In this document: one piece after another, positions 25,705 to 35,919 of the stretch
Position numbering within the stretch: the stretch's first letter is position 1
Layout of the letters: the number at the start of each line of letters is the position of its first letter
Assembly (NCBI GenBank): GCA_955652705.1
Contig: CATPBK010000100.1
Span: forward strand, 661-64,660
Direction: 5' to 3'
DNA: 64,000 nt
Source: Candidatus Dormiibacterota bacterium
GTDB lineage: Bacteria > Chloroflexota > Dormibacteria > Dormibacterales > Dormibacteraceae
Made by a program: the position numbers and the translations under genes
Notes under the pieces: generated by a model
Databases searched by the model: none
The model's input: only the letters and a program-made list of their open reading frames with translations
What the model was told of the DNA's origin: nothing

Positions 25705-26276
25705 ACGCGCAGGTGCTTCTTCGCCTGGGCGTAGTCGGCGGCACCCATGCCGAGGACGGTGACAAGCTCACGAATTGAGGTGAAGGGACCGAACTGCTCG
25801 CGCTGGGCCACGACCGCGGCTGCCAGGTCGGCTGTGAAGCCCGGGATCGTGGCCAGCTCCTCGGCGGTGGCGCTGTTGAGATCGGCCTTAGCCCCGCTGA
25901 TGCTGCCGCCGGAGGCCGTCTTGAGGAAGGGGACCTTGACCTGCTGGCCATCACGCAGGCGCCCCGCCAGGTCGGGAAGGCGGGCTGGGTCGGCCTGGGC
26001 GGCGAGGCCGCCCGCGGCCGCGATCGCATCGGAGGCGCGGTCGCCGCGCTGCAGGCGATAGATACCCGGATGCACGACCGCTCCGCTGACGTGGACGAGC
26101 AAGCCCGCCACAGGCGGTACCGCGGCCGGGAGCTGGCCGGCCACGACGGGGGCAGTCCCGACAACCGGCGCGGAGGAATGGAGGGCGAGAGCGCCCACGA
26201 AGGCGCTCCCGCCCAAGAGGAGGGGGAGGGTGAGCAAGGCGAGCCGGCGCCAGCCGGGCAGGAGGGTTGGTCTCAT
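25701..26276 (-). CDS. comEA: ComEA family DNA-binding protein
   Basis: 191 aa with an N-terminal TM helix, an SLBB-like region and a C-terminal helix-hairpin-helix (DLNSATAEELATIPGFTADLAAAVVAQREQFGPFTSIRELVTVLGMG). Confidence 0.85.
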   Translation of the reverse strand: MRPTLLPGWRRLALLTLPLLLGGSAFVGALALHSSAPVVGTAPVVAGQLPAAVPPVAGLLVHVSGAVVHPGIYRLQRGDRASDAIAAAGGLAAQADPARLPDLAGRLRDGQQVKVPFLKTASGGSISGAKADLNSATAEELATIPGFTADLAAAVVAQREQFGPFTSIRELVTVLGMGAADYAQAKKHLRV

Positions 26277-26356
26277 GGACCGCCAGTCTCGATGGCGGCG
26301 GCCCGGGCGGGAACCTACCCTGTTAAGGCGCTTTTAGACTGAGCTCCGACCTCCAC

Positions 26357-26433
26357 TGGGGAGTAGCCAAGTCTGGTAAGGCGGCGGACTTTGGATCCGT
26401 GATTCGGTGGTTCGAATCCACCCTCCCCAGCCA
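26357..26433 (+). tRNA. tRNA-Gln (anticodon TTG)
   Basis: Acceptor TGGGGAG...CTCCCCA, anticodon loop CTTTGGA, T arm GGTGG-TTCGAAT-CCACC, with G + CCA encoded. It closely resembles canonical bacterial tRNA-Gln. Confidence 0.9.
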
Positions 26434-26434
26434 G

Positions 26435-27262
26435 CTACCCAGCGGGCCGCTCGTGACGTGCCTGGTAGGGCGTCGGCGGAGCCTGCGTCTGGCCGGCGGC
26501 GCCCGGCTCGGCCTCGCCCGACCCGGCCCCTTCCGGCTCCGCGCCGGCGGCGGCACGCTTCTCGAGCTGGCGAGCGGCGCCCTGGCCGGTCTTGTACCAG
26601 TGCTGCCACATCTGCCCGGCAACCTCCTGGCCGCCGAGGCCGAAGGCTAGCCCGACGGCCAGGGCCGCAGCGCCGACCAGGCCGATGAAGAGCGTGTCCA
26701 CGATGGCGGCGGCGACGCCGATCTGGCTCAGCGCGATGATGACCGCGAGCGTCAGGATGGCGGCGCGGGCCAGCCAGGCCAGCAGGTTGGGATTGCGGAA
26801 CCCGACCTCCCCGGCCGAGCCGCTCACCAAGGCCGCCACGAAGTTGGCGATCAAGGCGCCGACCATGATCACGATGAGCGCCACGGCCAGGTTCGGGAGG
26901 AAGAGCACGATCTGGTTGATGAGGGTGACCACGGCCTGCAGATGGAGCGCCTCGGCCGCGAGCTCAATGAAGATCAGGCGGATGAACCAGCGAGCCAGCT
27001 CGCCCATGATTCGCGACGCGCTGGGGTCGCGGGCGCCGGTCAGCGCGATGAAATTGGTGGCGCCGGTGCGCTGGGCGACGGTGTCGAAGCCCAGGCGGCG
27101 GAGCACTGTCGACACCAGACGAGCGACCGCGTCGGACAAGAGCCAGCCCACCAGGAGCAGCAGGAGGGCGCCAATCAGGGCCGGGATGAAGGACAGGAAC
27201 GTCATCAGGGCAGCTGTGGTCGACAGCAGCAGCGCCTGGGCGAAGTTGGCTACCTGGGGCAT
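26435..27262 (-). CDS. membrane protein with conserved TM-helix repeats (MscS-associated TM_helix family-like)
   Basis: 275 aa with repeated units of TM helix followed by RRLGFD-type motifs (LLLLLVGWLLSDAVARLVSTVLRRLGFDTV). The C-terminal tail is low-complexity. Confidence 0.55.
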   Translation of the reverse strand: MPQVANFAQALLLSTTAALMTFLSFIPALIGALLLLLVGWLLSDAVARLVSTVLRRLGFDTVAQRTGATNFIALTGARDPSASRIMGELARWFIRLIFIELAAEALHLQAVVTLINQIVLFLPNLAVALIVIMVGALIANFVAALVSGSAGEVGFRNPNLLAWLARAAILTLAVIIALSQIGVAAAIVDTLFIGLVGAAALAVGLAFGLGGQEVAGQMWQHWYKTGQGAARQLEKRAAAGAEPEGAGSGEAEPGAAGQTQAPPTPYQARHERPAG

Positions 27263-27364
27263 TGCACTCTCCTTGGGGCAAGCGGTTCCGGGGCTCTCCC
27301 GAGTATAGAAACTGACCTATCGATATCCAATTTGTCTGCAACCAAGCGGACGATTAGATCCTGA

Positions 27365-28333
27365 ATGAGACGAACCGGGCTCATCGCCGACGACCTCACG
27401 GGGGCCGCCGACTCTGCCGTCCCCTTCCTTGCCCTCGGCCCCGTCCGGGTCGGTCTCTGGCCGCATGTTCCCGACGGTCGGGCCGTCTGCCTCGCCGTCT
27501 CAACGGAAAGCCGGCAGGCCCCGAGCCAGCTCGGGTTTGAGCGGTCCAGGACAGCCGCGCGCAGCCTGCGCCTGGCCGGCTGCGACCTGCTGTATCGCAA
27601 GGTCGACTCTCAGCTCCGCGGCAGCGTCGCCGGTGACCTGGCGGGGGTGCTCGACGGCTTCGCAGGGCCCTGCGTCCTGGCGCCGGCCCTGCCCGAGGCG
27701 GGGCGGCGGACCGTCAGTGGACGCCAGCTGTTCGGAAATTCGGTCGTCGACATCGCGACCGTGCTGGTGAAGGCGGGCCGCCCGGTCGTGCTGGGCGGAA
27801 TTGCTGAAGCCGCCCCCGGCGTCATCGCTGTCTGCGATGCGGAGACTGACGCCGACCTGGACGTGATCGCGGCGGCGGTCGCCGCTCTGTCCGAGGTGAT
27901 CCCGGCGGGCTCCGCAGGCCTGGCCGCGGCGCTGGCGCGAACTCTTGGTGGGTCGCACGGCCTGCGCGGCTCGGGCTGGCCGCCCTCCCGCCGGCCGGTA
28001 GCTGTGGTCGGCAGCCCCGAATCGCGCTGGCAGGCTGCCGTAGCGGCGCGCCGGGGTTGGGCGGTGATCCGCCTCCAGCATTCGGATCCGCCACCTGGCC
28101 TCGACGCCTATGACGGCCTGGTGCTGACGGGCGGGCAAACCGCGGCGCGGGTGCTCACCTCGCTGGGGGCTCAGGGACTCGACCTGGCCGGGCTGGCGGC
28201 GCCCCTGGTGCCGGTCGGGCGGATCGTCGGCGGTTCGCGCCCGGGCCTCCCGGTGGCCCTCAAGAGCGGCGCCTTTGGCGGAGCCGGCACAATCAGCGCC
28301 GCCCTCGGCTGCCTGCGCCGTGGGCGCCGCTGA
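27365..28333 (+). CDS. four-carbon acid sugar kinase family protein (DUF1537-like)
   Basis: The N-terminal signature MRRTGLIADDLTGAADSAV is typical of this family. At 322 aa it is shorter than I expect for the family. Confidence 0.6.
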   Translation: MRRTGLIADDLTGAADSAVPFLALGPVRVGLWPHVPDGRAVCLAVSTESRQAPSQLGFERSRTAARSLRLAGCDLLYRKVDSQLRGSVAGDLAGVLDGFAGPCVLAPALPEAGRRTVSGRQLFGNSVVDIATVLVKAGRPVVLGGIAEAAPGVIAVCDAETDADLDVIAAAVAALSEVIPAGSAGLAAALARTLGGSHGLRGSGWPPSRRPVAVVGSPESRWQAAVAARRGWAVIRLQHSDPPPGLDAYDGLVLTGGQTAARVLTSLGAQGLDLAGLAAPLVPVGRIVGGSRPGLPVALKSGAFGGAGTISAALGCLRRGRR

Positions 28334-28350
28334 AGGCTGTTCATCCGGGT

Positions 28351-29346
28351 CTACAGGGATTCGAGCTTGCGCAGGACCTGGCGAAAGGTGGCCAACTGCT
28401 CGGCCGGCTCGATCCCGAACCAGGGGACGCTCAGAGCCAGGCGGTCAGTGTGGGCCGCCCAGCGCGCGATCCCGGCCGCGAGGTCGTCGAGCAGCACCAC
28501 GCCCAGCCGGTCGAGAACGTGCTCGTCGACCAGCCGCTGGGCTTCCGAGCGGCGACGTTCGGCCAGCGCCGCGAGGATCTGGTCGGCGACATCCTTGAGG
28601 CCGGCGTGGTCGAGCACGCGGCGGTAGCCGGGCACGGTGTAGGCGGTCATCTGGTGTGCCAGTGCTTCGCGACTCTGGGCCACGACGAGCGACATGAGGA
28701 TCGGCGGATCGGGCCGGCCGGCGCCCGCAGCACCGGTGGCCAGGGCCGGACGGATGACCTCGTCGAGGTAGGCAGTGGTCGCGAACATGTGCGCCGCAAA
28801 GCCGTCGGCGCATTCGCCGGCGACGCGCGTCATGACCGGGTTGACACCCGCGAGGTAGATCGCCGGCTGCGGCCACGGCTCGTCCGCTCCCGGCATGAAG
28901 ACGGGCTGCCTGATCCGATAGAACGGCCCCTCGTAGCGGCCGTGGCCATGCCGGTACGCGCTCCAGCAGCCACGCACCGCCCCGACGTAGTCCTTGATGC
29001 GCGGCGCGGGCCGGTCCGCCTCGACGCCGAAACGGTTCCAGAGTGTCGGGCTGACCTGGCTGCCGAGGCCGAGGATGAAGCGCCCCCCGCTCCAGCCGGC
29101 CAGGTCCCAGGCTGCCTGGGCGGTGACCGCCGGGCTGCGCGAGAAGGCCACCGCCACGTTGGTGCCGACCTCGACCCGGCTGGTCGCCGACAGCGCGGCG
29201 GCCGCCAGCAGATAGGGCTCACGCCGTACGTCGGCCACCCAGACCGCCTCGGCGCCGGCCGCCTCCGACTCGGCTGCCAGGCGCTGGGCCTCGCCGAGAG
29301 TGACGCCACCCGGCAGCATGACGCCAGGTCGAAAGCGGTCACTCAC
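28351..29346 (-). CDS. LLM-class (luciferase-like) flavin/F420-dependent oxidoreductase
   Basis: 331 aa with a TIM-barrel LLM pattern (EAAGAEAVWVAD...FILGLGSQV...). GTG start with GGAGGG upstream. Confidence 0.75.
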   Translation of the reverse strand: MSDRFRPGVMLPGGVTLGEAQRLAAESEAAGAEAVWVADVRREPYLLAAAALSATSRVEVGTNVAVAFSRSPAVTAQAAWDLAGWSGGRFILGLGSQVSPTLWNRFGVEADRPAPRIKDYVGAVRGCWSAYRHGHGRYEGPFYRIRQPVFMPGADEPWPQPAIYLAGVNPVMTRVAGECADGFAAHMFATTAYLDEVIRPALATGAAGAGRPDPPILMSLVVAQSREALAHQMTAYTVPGYRRVLDHAGLKDVADQILAALAERRRSEAQRLVDEHVLDRLGVVLLDDLAAGIARWAAHTDRLALSVPWFGIEPAEQLATFRQVLRKLESL

Positions 29347-29367
29347 CGCCTCAAACCCTCCACCAAA

Positions 29368-29386
29368 CCCCCCACCCTCAGGGGGG
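29368..29386 (-). terminator. possible intrinsic terminator downstream of leuS
   Basis: On the minus strand: CCCCCC-UGAGGGU-GGGGGG followed by UUUGGU. The U tract is short, so the call is weak. Confidence 0.3.
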
Positions 29387-29446
29387 AGTTCCTCGCAGTG
29401 GTTCGCAGGGTATTCCGGGCCGGCGGGCTCAGCGCAACCGTCCCTG

Positions 29447-31888
29447 TTAAGGGATCAGGTTGATGATCAGCCGCTCCGGCACGTAGATGACTCGCCGTGG
29501 CGTGCCTCCGTTCAGGTAAGGCCGCACCCGCTCCGAAGCCAGCGCGAGCCGGACCGCCTCCGCCTCGGGCAGCCCCGGCGGCACCTCCAGTCGGTCGCGC
29601 AGCTTGCCATCGACCTGAACGACCAGTGTCACCTGCGGCTCAGCCGCCAGCGCGGCGTTGTAGGCCGGCCAGGGCTGCTCGCCGCAGAGCCCCCGCCCGC
29701 CCAGCCGCTCCCAGAGCTCCTCGCCGATGTGCGGCGCCATCGGGTAAAGGAGGAGGACGAGGGTGCGGATGGCCGAATCCCAGGCCGGCCCAGGCCTTCC
29801 GCCCCCGCGCAGGTGATCCTCCAGCGCATTCCCCAACGACATCAGCTCGGCCACCGCCGTGTTGAAGCGGAAGCGGTTGTAGTCGTCGGTGACCTTCCCG
29901 ATCGCTTGTTGGACGCGGCGCGCCAGGACCTCGTCGGAAGCAGCCGTCCCGGTCGCGGCCAAGGCGTCCGGTTCCAACGCCAGCCGCCAGACCGACTGCA
30001 AGAAGCGCACCGGCCCGGCGATCGCCCGATCCGACCATTCGGCGTCATCCTCGGGCGGGCCGAGGAACATCTCGTAGACCCGGCCGGCGTCGGCGCCCTC
30101 CTTCTTGACCAGGTCGTCGGGAGCGACCCCGTTTCCCTTCGACTTCGACATGACCGCGCCGAAGCGCTTGACCATGCCCTGTGTGAAGAGCCGCGTGAAG
30201 GGTTCGGGCGCGCTTCCGGCCAGCTTCTCGTCGCTCAGGAACTTCTGGAAAAAGCGCGAGTAGAGCAGGTGGAGGATGGCGTGCTCGACGCCACCCGTGT
30301 ACTGGTCGACCGGCATCCAATGGTCCGCCAGCTCGGGGTCGAAAGGAAGCTCCTGGTTGTGCGCGTCTGTGTAGCGCAGGAAATACCAGGAGGAGTCGAT
30401 AAAGGTGTCCATCGTGTCGGTTTCGCGACGCGCCGCGTGGCCGCAGCGCGGGCACTCGCACTCGTAGAACGAAGGCTGTTCGGCGAGCGGCCTGTTCTCC
30501 GCCGGCAGCAGCACCGGCAGCTCGTTCAGGGGCACCGCCACGATGCCATCGACCGGGCAGTGGACGATCGGTATCGGGCAGCCCCAATATCGCTGGCGGG
30601 AGATCAGCCAGTCGCGCAGCCGGTAGCGCGTGACGCGATGGCCGATACCGCGCGCCTCCAGCCAGTCGCAGACGGCATCAACCGCGCGCTCGACCGGCGT
30701 GCCGCTGAAATCGCCGCTGTTGACCATCGTGCCCGCACCGATGTAGGCCTCGGTCAGCTCGCCCTGCGGGCCCGCGGGCGGCGCGATCACCTCGACGATC
30801 GGCAGACCGTACTTGCGCGCGAATTCGAAGTCGCGCACGTCGTGGCCGGGCACCGCCATGATGGCGCCCGTCCCGTACGTGTAAAGCACGTAATCGGCGA
30901 CCCAGATCGGCAGGCGTTCGTCATTGACCGGGTTGCGCGCGTATCCGCCCGTGAAGACGCCGGTCTTCTCGTGCTCGGTCGAAAGCCGCTCGATCTCTGT
31001 TTCGCGGCGCGCTCGCTCGACGTAGGCACGCACCTCTTCGCGTCGTGCCGGCGTCGTAAGCTTGCCGACCAACGGGTGCTCGGGCGCGAGAACCATGAAA
31101 GTGGCGCCCCAGAGCGTGTCCGGCCGGGTCGTGTAAACGCGCAGCTTTTCGTCCGCCAATCCATCGATCGGAAAGTCCACTTCGGCGCCGTGCGAGCGGC
31201 CAATCCAGTTGGCCTGCATGGTACGCACATGCTCCGGCCAGTCTTTCAAGAGCGCGAGGTCGTCGAGGAGCCGGTCCGCGTAAGCGGTGATCTTCAAGAA
31301 CCACTGCTCGAGGTCGCGTTTTTCGACCTCGACATCAGGGTGCCGCCAGCAGCGGCCGTTGACCACCTGCTCGTTCGCCAGCACCGTCTTGTCGATCGGG
31401 CACCAATTGACCGGTGACATCGCCCGGTACGCCAGTCCGCGTTCGTAAAAGCGGAGGAAGAGCCATTGCGTCCACCGGTAGTAGTCGGGGTCGCAAGTGG
31501 TCACTTCGCGCGCCCAGTCGTAGAGGATGCCCATCATCGCCAGCTGCTCCTTGGCGCGGGCGATGTTGGCGCGAGTCCAGGCATCCGGGTGGGTGCCCTT
31601 CTCGATCGCGGCGTTCTCGGCCGGCAAGCCGAATGCGTCCCAGCCGAACGGGTTCAGCACCTCGAATCCGCGCATCGCCATGAAGCGCGAGAAGAGGTCG
31701 CCGATTACGTAGTTGCGCATGTGGCCCATGTGCAGGTCGCCGCTCGGGTAGGGGTACATGACGAGGTTGTAGTACTTCGGCTTCGGGGAGCTGTCCGAAG
31801 CCTGCATCACGCCGCGCTCGTTCCAGACCTGCTGCCACTTGGGCTCGATCTCTTGGGGGACGTAGCGGGACCGGCGGCTGGTGGCCAT
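29447..31888 (-). CDS. leuS: leucine--tRNA ligase
   Basis: 813 aa with the HIGH region ([10 protein letters not shown]), KMSKS (VMSKSKGN) and a CP1 editing domain. Confidence 0.95.
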   Translation of the reverse strand: MATSRRSRYVPQEIEPKWQQVWNERGVMQASDSSPKPKYYNLVMYPYPSGDLHMGHMRNYVIGDLFSRFMAMRGFEVLNPFGWDAFGLPAENAAIEKGTHPDAWTRANIARAKEQLAMMGILYDWAREVTTCDPDYYRWTQWLFLRFYERGLAYRAMSPVNWCPIDKTVLANEQVVNGRCWRHPDVEVEKRDLEQWFLKITAYADRLLDDLALLKDWPEHVRTMQANWIGRSHGAEVDFPIDGLADEKLRVYTTRPDTLWGATFMVLAPEHPLVGKLTTPARREEVRAYVERARRETEIERLSTEHEKTGVFTGGYARNPVNDERLPIWVADYVLYTYGTGAIMAVPGHDVRDFEFARKYGLPIVEVIAPPAGPQGELTEAYIGAGTMVNSGDFSGTPVERAVDAVCDWLEARGIGHRVTRYRLRDWLISRQRYWGCPIPIVHCPVDGIVAVPLNELPVLLPAENRPLAEQPSFYECECPRCGHAARRETDTMDTFIDSSWYFLRYTDAHNQELPFDPELADHWMPVDQYTGGVEHAILHLLYSRFFQKFLSDEKLAGSAPEPFTRLFTQGMVKRFGAVMSKSKGNGVAPDDLVKKEGADAGRVYEMFLGPPEDDAEWSDRAIAGPVRFLQSVWRLALEPDALAATGTAASDEVLARRVQQAIGKVTDDYNRFRFNTAVAELMSLGNALEDHLRGGGRPGPAWDSAIRTLVLLLYPMAPHIGEELWERLGGRGLCGEQPWPAYNAALAAEPQVTLVVQVDGKLRDRLEVPPGLPEAEAVRLALASERVRPYLNGGTPRRVIYVPERLIINLIP

Positions 31889-31944
31889 GGGAAGTGAGTT
31901 CGAAGTTTAGCTAGGGCGTTCTCCGCGCGACTCCGCTCGCGACG

Positions 31945-32772
31945 CTAGCGCCGGCGGGCCGCCAGCACCTCGTGGCCGATGATGGCCAGGAGGACGAGCC
32001 CCGCTCCCGCTCCCTGAACCACGTTCAGGCGCTGGCCCGCGAGCACCACGGCAGCCAGCAACGCCCAGGCCGGCTCCGTGGCCAGGATGAGCGCTGTCCG
32101 GCTGGCTGAAATCTTGGTCTGCGCCCAGGTCTGGATCAGGAAGCCGACGGCCGAGGCGAGCACGCCCGTGACGACCAGCGCGAACCAGACACCGGGCGTA
32201 GGCCGCGAGAAGCTTTGTACGCTGCCCGCAGAAAAGAGCACCCCGGCGACCAGCATCTGCACGAGCGCCAGGGGCGCCGGCGGCAAGCCCGGCGCCCAGC
32301 GCCCGAGCAGCACGATGTGCAGCGCGAAGGCGATCGCGCAGCCGATCACGAGCAGGTCGCCCGGCGTGGGCAGCGAGAAGCCGGACCCAGTCAGCAAAGT
32401 GATCCCGAGCAACGCCACGATCGCTGCCGCGAACGTGCGCCGCGGGATGCGTGCGCCCAGCAGCCCGTCGAGGAGCGGGGTCACGATCACGAAGAGACCG
32501 GTCAGGAGGCCGGCGTTGCCCGGGCTCGTCGACTGCAGCCCGACGGTCTGCAGGAGATACCCCGCCGTCAGCGCCAGCCCGATCGGGATACCGACCAGGA
32601 TCACCCGCCGCGAAGGCAGCCGGCGGGCGACCGCCACCATCACCAGCGCGGCGATGGCGAAGCGGATGGCGAGGAAGGGAAGCGTCGGATACTGTGAGAT
32701 CGCGTCCTTGACGAGGACGAAAGTCCAGCCCCAGACCGCCGTCACCAGCAGCAGGAGCAGGACGTAGATCAA
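31945..32772 (-). CDS. EamA/DMT family transporter
   Basis: 10-TM DMT pattern starting (M)IYVLLLLLVTAVWGWTFVLVKD. Start is TTG at 32770-32772 or GTG at 32743-32745. The 360-aa track ORF adds an Arg-rich extension antisense to the HIT gene, so I trimmed it. Confidence 0.7.
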   Translation of the reverse strand: MIYVLLLLLVTAVWGWTFVLVKDAISQYPTLPFLAIRFAIAALVMVAVARRLPSRRVILVGIPIGLALTAGYLLQTVGLQSTSPGNAGLLTGLFVIVTPLLDGLLGARIPRRTFAAAIVALLGITLLTGSGFSLPTPGDLLVIGCAIAFALHIVLLGRWAPGLPPAPLALVQMLVAGVLFSAGSVQSFSRPTPGVWFALVVTGVLASAVGFLIQTWAQTKISASRTALILATEPAWALLAAVVLAGQRLNVVQGAGAGLVLLAIIGHEVLAARRR

Positions 32773-33251
32773 TGGAGCACCTCTACGCGCCCTGGCGGAT
32801 GGAGTACATCGGCGGCGAGGCCGAGCCGGGCTGCCTTTTCTGCCGCGCGCTCGCCGACCCCAAGGCCGATCTGGTCGTCGACCGGCCGCCCGGAGCGCTT
32901 CTGCTCTTGAACAAGTTCCCGTACAACAGTGGACACGTCCTGGTCGCGCCCGCCGCCCACAAGGGCGATCTGGCCGATCTCGACGAGCCGGAAACCGCCC
33001 ACCTGATGGCCGCGGTCCAGCTGACACTTCGCGTTCTGCGCCAGGAGCTGCGTCCGGAAGGCTTCAACGTCGGCGTCAACCTCGGTCGGGCAGCCGGAGC
33101 GGGCATCCCCGACCACGTCCACTTCCACGTCGTTCCGCGCTGGAACGGTGACACCAACTTCATGCCGGTCCTGGCCGAGGTGAAGGTCGTCAACGAGCAC
33201 TTGACGCGCACCGCCGAAAAGCTCCGCCAGGCCTTTGCTGCCGCCCGCTGA
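32772..33251 (+). CDS. HIT (histidine triad) family protein
   Basis: 159 aa. N-terminus MEHLYAPWRMEYI and triad motif DHVHFHVVPRW. Confidence 0.88.
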   Translation: MEHLYAPWRMEYIGGEAEPGCLFCRALADPKADLVVDRPPGALLLLNKFPYNSGHVLVAPAAHKGDLADLDEPETAHLMAAVQLTLRVLRQELRPEGFNVGVNLGRAAGAGIPDHVHFHVVPRWNGDTNFMPVLAEVKVVNEHLTRTAEKLRQAFAAAR

Positions 33252-33255
33252 CCGC

Positions 33256-34638
33256 TCAGGCGCGGCGCCAGGTGAAGCGCCCGCCCACCACGGTGGCCAC
33301 AACGCGGCCGCCGTCGATGACCGAAAGGTCGCAGAGGTATCCAGGCCGCAGCCGCCCGACCGAGCCCTCCATCCCGGCCGCGTAAGCGGCCCCGACTGTG
33401 TAAGCGCGCAGGGCAGCCGCTTGGCTCAAGGCCAGGTCGGGATGCCAGCCGGCCCGGCGCCTCCAGGTGGTGGCGGCGGCCAGGCCGAGCAGCGGATCGG
33501 CGTCCTCGACTGGCGCGTCGGAGCCGAAGGCGAGCACCGCCCCCGCCGCGGCCAGCCGGCGCCAGGCGTAGGCCGACGCGGTCCGGCCGGCCCACTCGCG
33601 GTCGGCCAGCTCGCGATCGCTGACCGCGTGGAGAGGCTGCATCGAGGCGACCGCGCCCACCCGGCGGAAGCGAGGCGCATCGGTTGGGTCGACGCACTGC
33701 GCGTGCTCGATGCGGGGCCGCCAGCGCGCCCAGCTGCCGGCCACCGGCTCCAGCGCGTCGAGGGCGCGTCGGACGGCGCCGTCACCGATAGCGTGGAGGC
33801 AGACGTTGAGGCCCGCCCCGACGCAGCGCCTCACCAGCTCGACCAGCTCGGGCTGCGGCAGCACCGCCACTCCCGAGCCATCGAGCATCTCGGCGGTGCG
33901 GCTGCCCAGAGAGCCGTCCAGGAATGCCTTCACGCCCCAGATCCGGAGCTGGTGGTCGCCCCAGCCGGAGCGGATCCCGATCCGCTCGGCGGCGGCGAGG
34001 TCGGCGGCCGGCAAGTTCCAGGTCACCCGCAGAGGCAGGGCGCGGCGGGCGTGAAGGCGCTGGAAGGAGCGGAAGGCGCGCGGGGTGTCCATCGCGTGAA
34101 CCGAGGTCAGACCCTTCCGGGCGAGCGCTCGCAGCTCGGAGCTCAGGGCGCGATCGAACTCGACGTCGGTCGGCTCCGGCAAGAGCTTGCCAACCTCGCC
34201 GACGAGCGTCTCCTTGATGGGCACGCTCGGATCGATGCCCGCCAGCGCGTACGCAGGAGTGCTGAGCCAGGCCGAGTGGCCATCCTTGCGGACCAGGAAG
34301 ATCGGGCGCCCACCGGCGACCGCGTCGAGCTCCTCCGGCCGCGGCCAGGAGGCGTCATCCAGCCACTCGTCGTTGTTCCAACCCTGACCGATGAGCCAGG
34401 CCCTGGCGGGCAAGCGGGCCGCGCCCGCCCGGACCCGTTCCAACACCCGGGCGCGGTTGGAGATGCCCTGGAGCTCGAGGCCCAGCCGTCGGAGAGCCAG
34501 GTGCTCGAGATGGATGTGCGCATCGTGCAGGCCGGGCCAGACCGCACCGGAGAGATCGTGAACGACGGCGTTCCGACCCGCGGCCGCGCGGGCGCCGTCG
34601 CCCACCGCCAGGATGCGCCCGTCAGGGCCGGCCGCCAC
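33256..34638 (-). CDS. amidohydrolase family protein (Amidohydro_3 / YtcJ-like)
   Basis: 460 aa from the GTG at 34638, with metal-binding PGLHDAHIHL. The family N-terminal strand may extend to the CTG at 34663-34665. Confidence 0.8.
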   Translation of the reverse strand: MAAGPDGRILAVGDGARAAAGRNAVVHDLSGAVWPGLHDAHIHLEHLALRRLGLELQGISNRARVLERVRAGAARLPARAWLIGQGWNNDEWLDDASWPRPEELDAVAGGRPIFLVRKDGHSAWLSTPAYALAGIDPSVPIKETLVGEVGKLLPEPTDVEFDRALSSELRALARKGLTSVHAMDTPRAFRSFQRLHARRALPLRVTWNLPAADLAAAERIGIRSGWGDHQLRIWGVKAFLDGSLGSRTAEMLDGSGVAVLPQPELVELVRRCVGAGLNVCLHAIGDGAVRRALDALEPVAGSWARWRPRIEHAQCVDPTDAPRFRRVGAVASMQPLHAVSDRELADREWAGRTASAYAWRRLAAAGAVLAFGSDAPVEDADPLLGLAAATTWRRRAGWHPDLALSQAAALRAYTVGAAYAAGMEGSVGRLRPGYLCDLSVIDGGRVVATVVGGRFTWRRA

Positions 34639-34661
34639 CTCGGGGCGGCAGCCCCGAAAGA

Positions 34662-35795
34662 TCAGAGCCCGTAAGACTTGCCGATGATCTCCTTCATGAT
34701 CTCGTCGGTGCCGGCGCCGATCCGGCCCAAGCGCGCATCACGCCAGGCCCGCTCGACAGGGAACTCCCGCATGTAGCCGTGGCCGCCCAGGATCTGGATC
34801 GCTTGGTCGGCGACCCAGACCGCGTTCTGGGACGCCAGCAGCTTGGCCTGCGAGATCTCCCGGACCGGATACTCGCCTTTGTCCCAGCGCTGCGCCGTCT
34901 CGTACACGAACGAGCGGACGCAAGCGGTCCGCGTCGCCATGTCGACAAGGCGGTGCTTGATGACCTGGAAGCCGGCGATGGGCTGCCCGAACGCCTGCCG
35001 GTTTTTGGCGTAGTCCATCGTGTACTCGGTGATCCGTTGGGCGCCGGCGACCTCGCCCGCCGCGGCGATCATCCGCTCGCCCTGGAGCTCCCACATGAGC
35101 TGCTTCCAGCCTTCGCCTTCGTCGCCGATCAGGTTGCCCGCGGGCACGCGGCAGTCCTCGAAAAGGAGCTCGGCGGTGTCGGACGAGTGCATACCGAGCT
35201 TTTTCAGGGTCCGTGTGACCTGAAAGCCGGGCGTCCCCTTCTCGACCACGATCAGGTTGTAGCCGGAATGCCCACGCTCGCGGTCGCTCTTGGCCACCAC
35301 CAGGATCCAGGAAGCCCGGGCGCCGTTCGTGATGAAGATCTTGCGGCCGTTCAGCACCCAGTGATCGCCGTCCTTGCGCGCCACGGTCTGGATCCCGGCC
35401 AGGTCGGAGCCCGCGTCGGGCTCGGTCATCGCGATCGCCGCGATGGCGGTGCCCGCGATCGCCGGCGCCAGGAACCGCTGTTTCTGCTCGTGCGTCCCGA
35501 ACTTGTTGACCGGGGGCGTGGCCATCTCGGCCTGGACAGCGACGGCCATCCCGAGGCCGCCGCAGCCGGCCCGGGCCATCTCTTCGGAGAGGACAACGGC
35601 GCTGAAGTAGTCGCCGCCCTGGCCCCCGTATTCGGGAGGGTAGCGCAGGCCCAGGAACCCGAGCTCGCCAAACCGGCGCACTATCGAGTCCGGGAACATG
35701 GCCTCCTCCCACTCTTCGAGGTGGGGCTGAACCTCCTTCTCGAGGAAGCGCCGGATGTGCTGGCGAAGCTCCTCGTGCGCGTCGGTGAAGTACAT
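34662..35795 (-). CDS. acyl-CoA dehydrogenase
   Basis: 377 aa with ACAD N, middle and C domains (AMTEPDAGSD, ITNG, QILGGHGY). Confidence 0.92.
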   Translation of the reverse strand: MYFTDAHEELRQHIRRFLEKEVQPHLEEWEEAMFPDSIVRRFGELGFLGLRYPPEYGGQGGDYFSAVVLSEEMARAGCGGLGMAVAVQAEMATPPVNKFGTHEQKQRFLAPAIAGTAIAAIAMTEPDAGSDLAGIQTVARKDGDHWVLNGRKIFITNGARASWILVVAKSDRERGHSGYNLIVVEKGTPGFQVTRTLKKLGMHSSDTAELLFEDCRVPAGNLIGDEGEGWKQLMWELQGERMIAAAGEVAGAQRITEYTMDYAKNRQAFGQPIAGFQVIKHRLVDMATRTACVRSFVYETAQRWDKGEYPVREISQAKLLASQNAVWVADQAIQILGGHGYMREFPVERAWRDARLGRIGAGTDEIMKEIIGKSYGL

Positions 35796-35919
35796 GAACC
35801 TCGATTCTAGGGTGGCAGCCGGAACCTCAGGTTCAGGCTTCGGGTATCATTCGCTCCGGCCGTGGGCCGCGGTTCTGGCCTGGGCTTTTGTGCAGGGTTG
35901 ACTCGAATTTGGAGACGGT

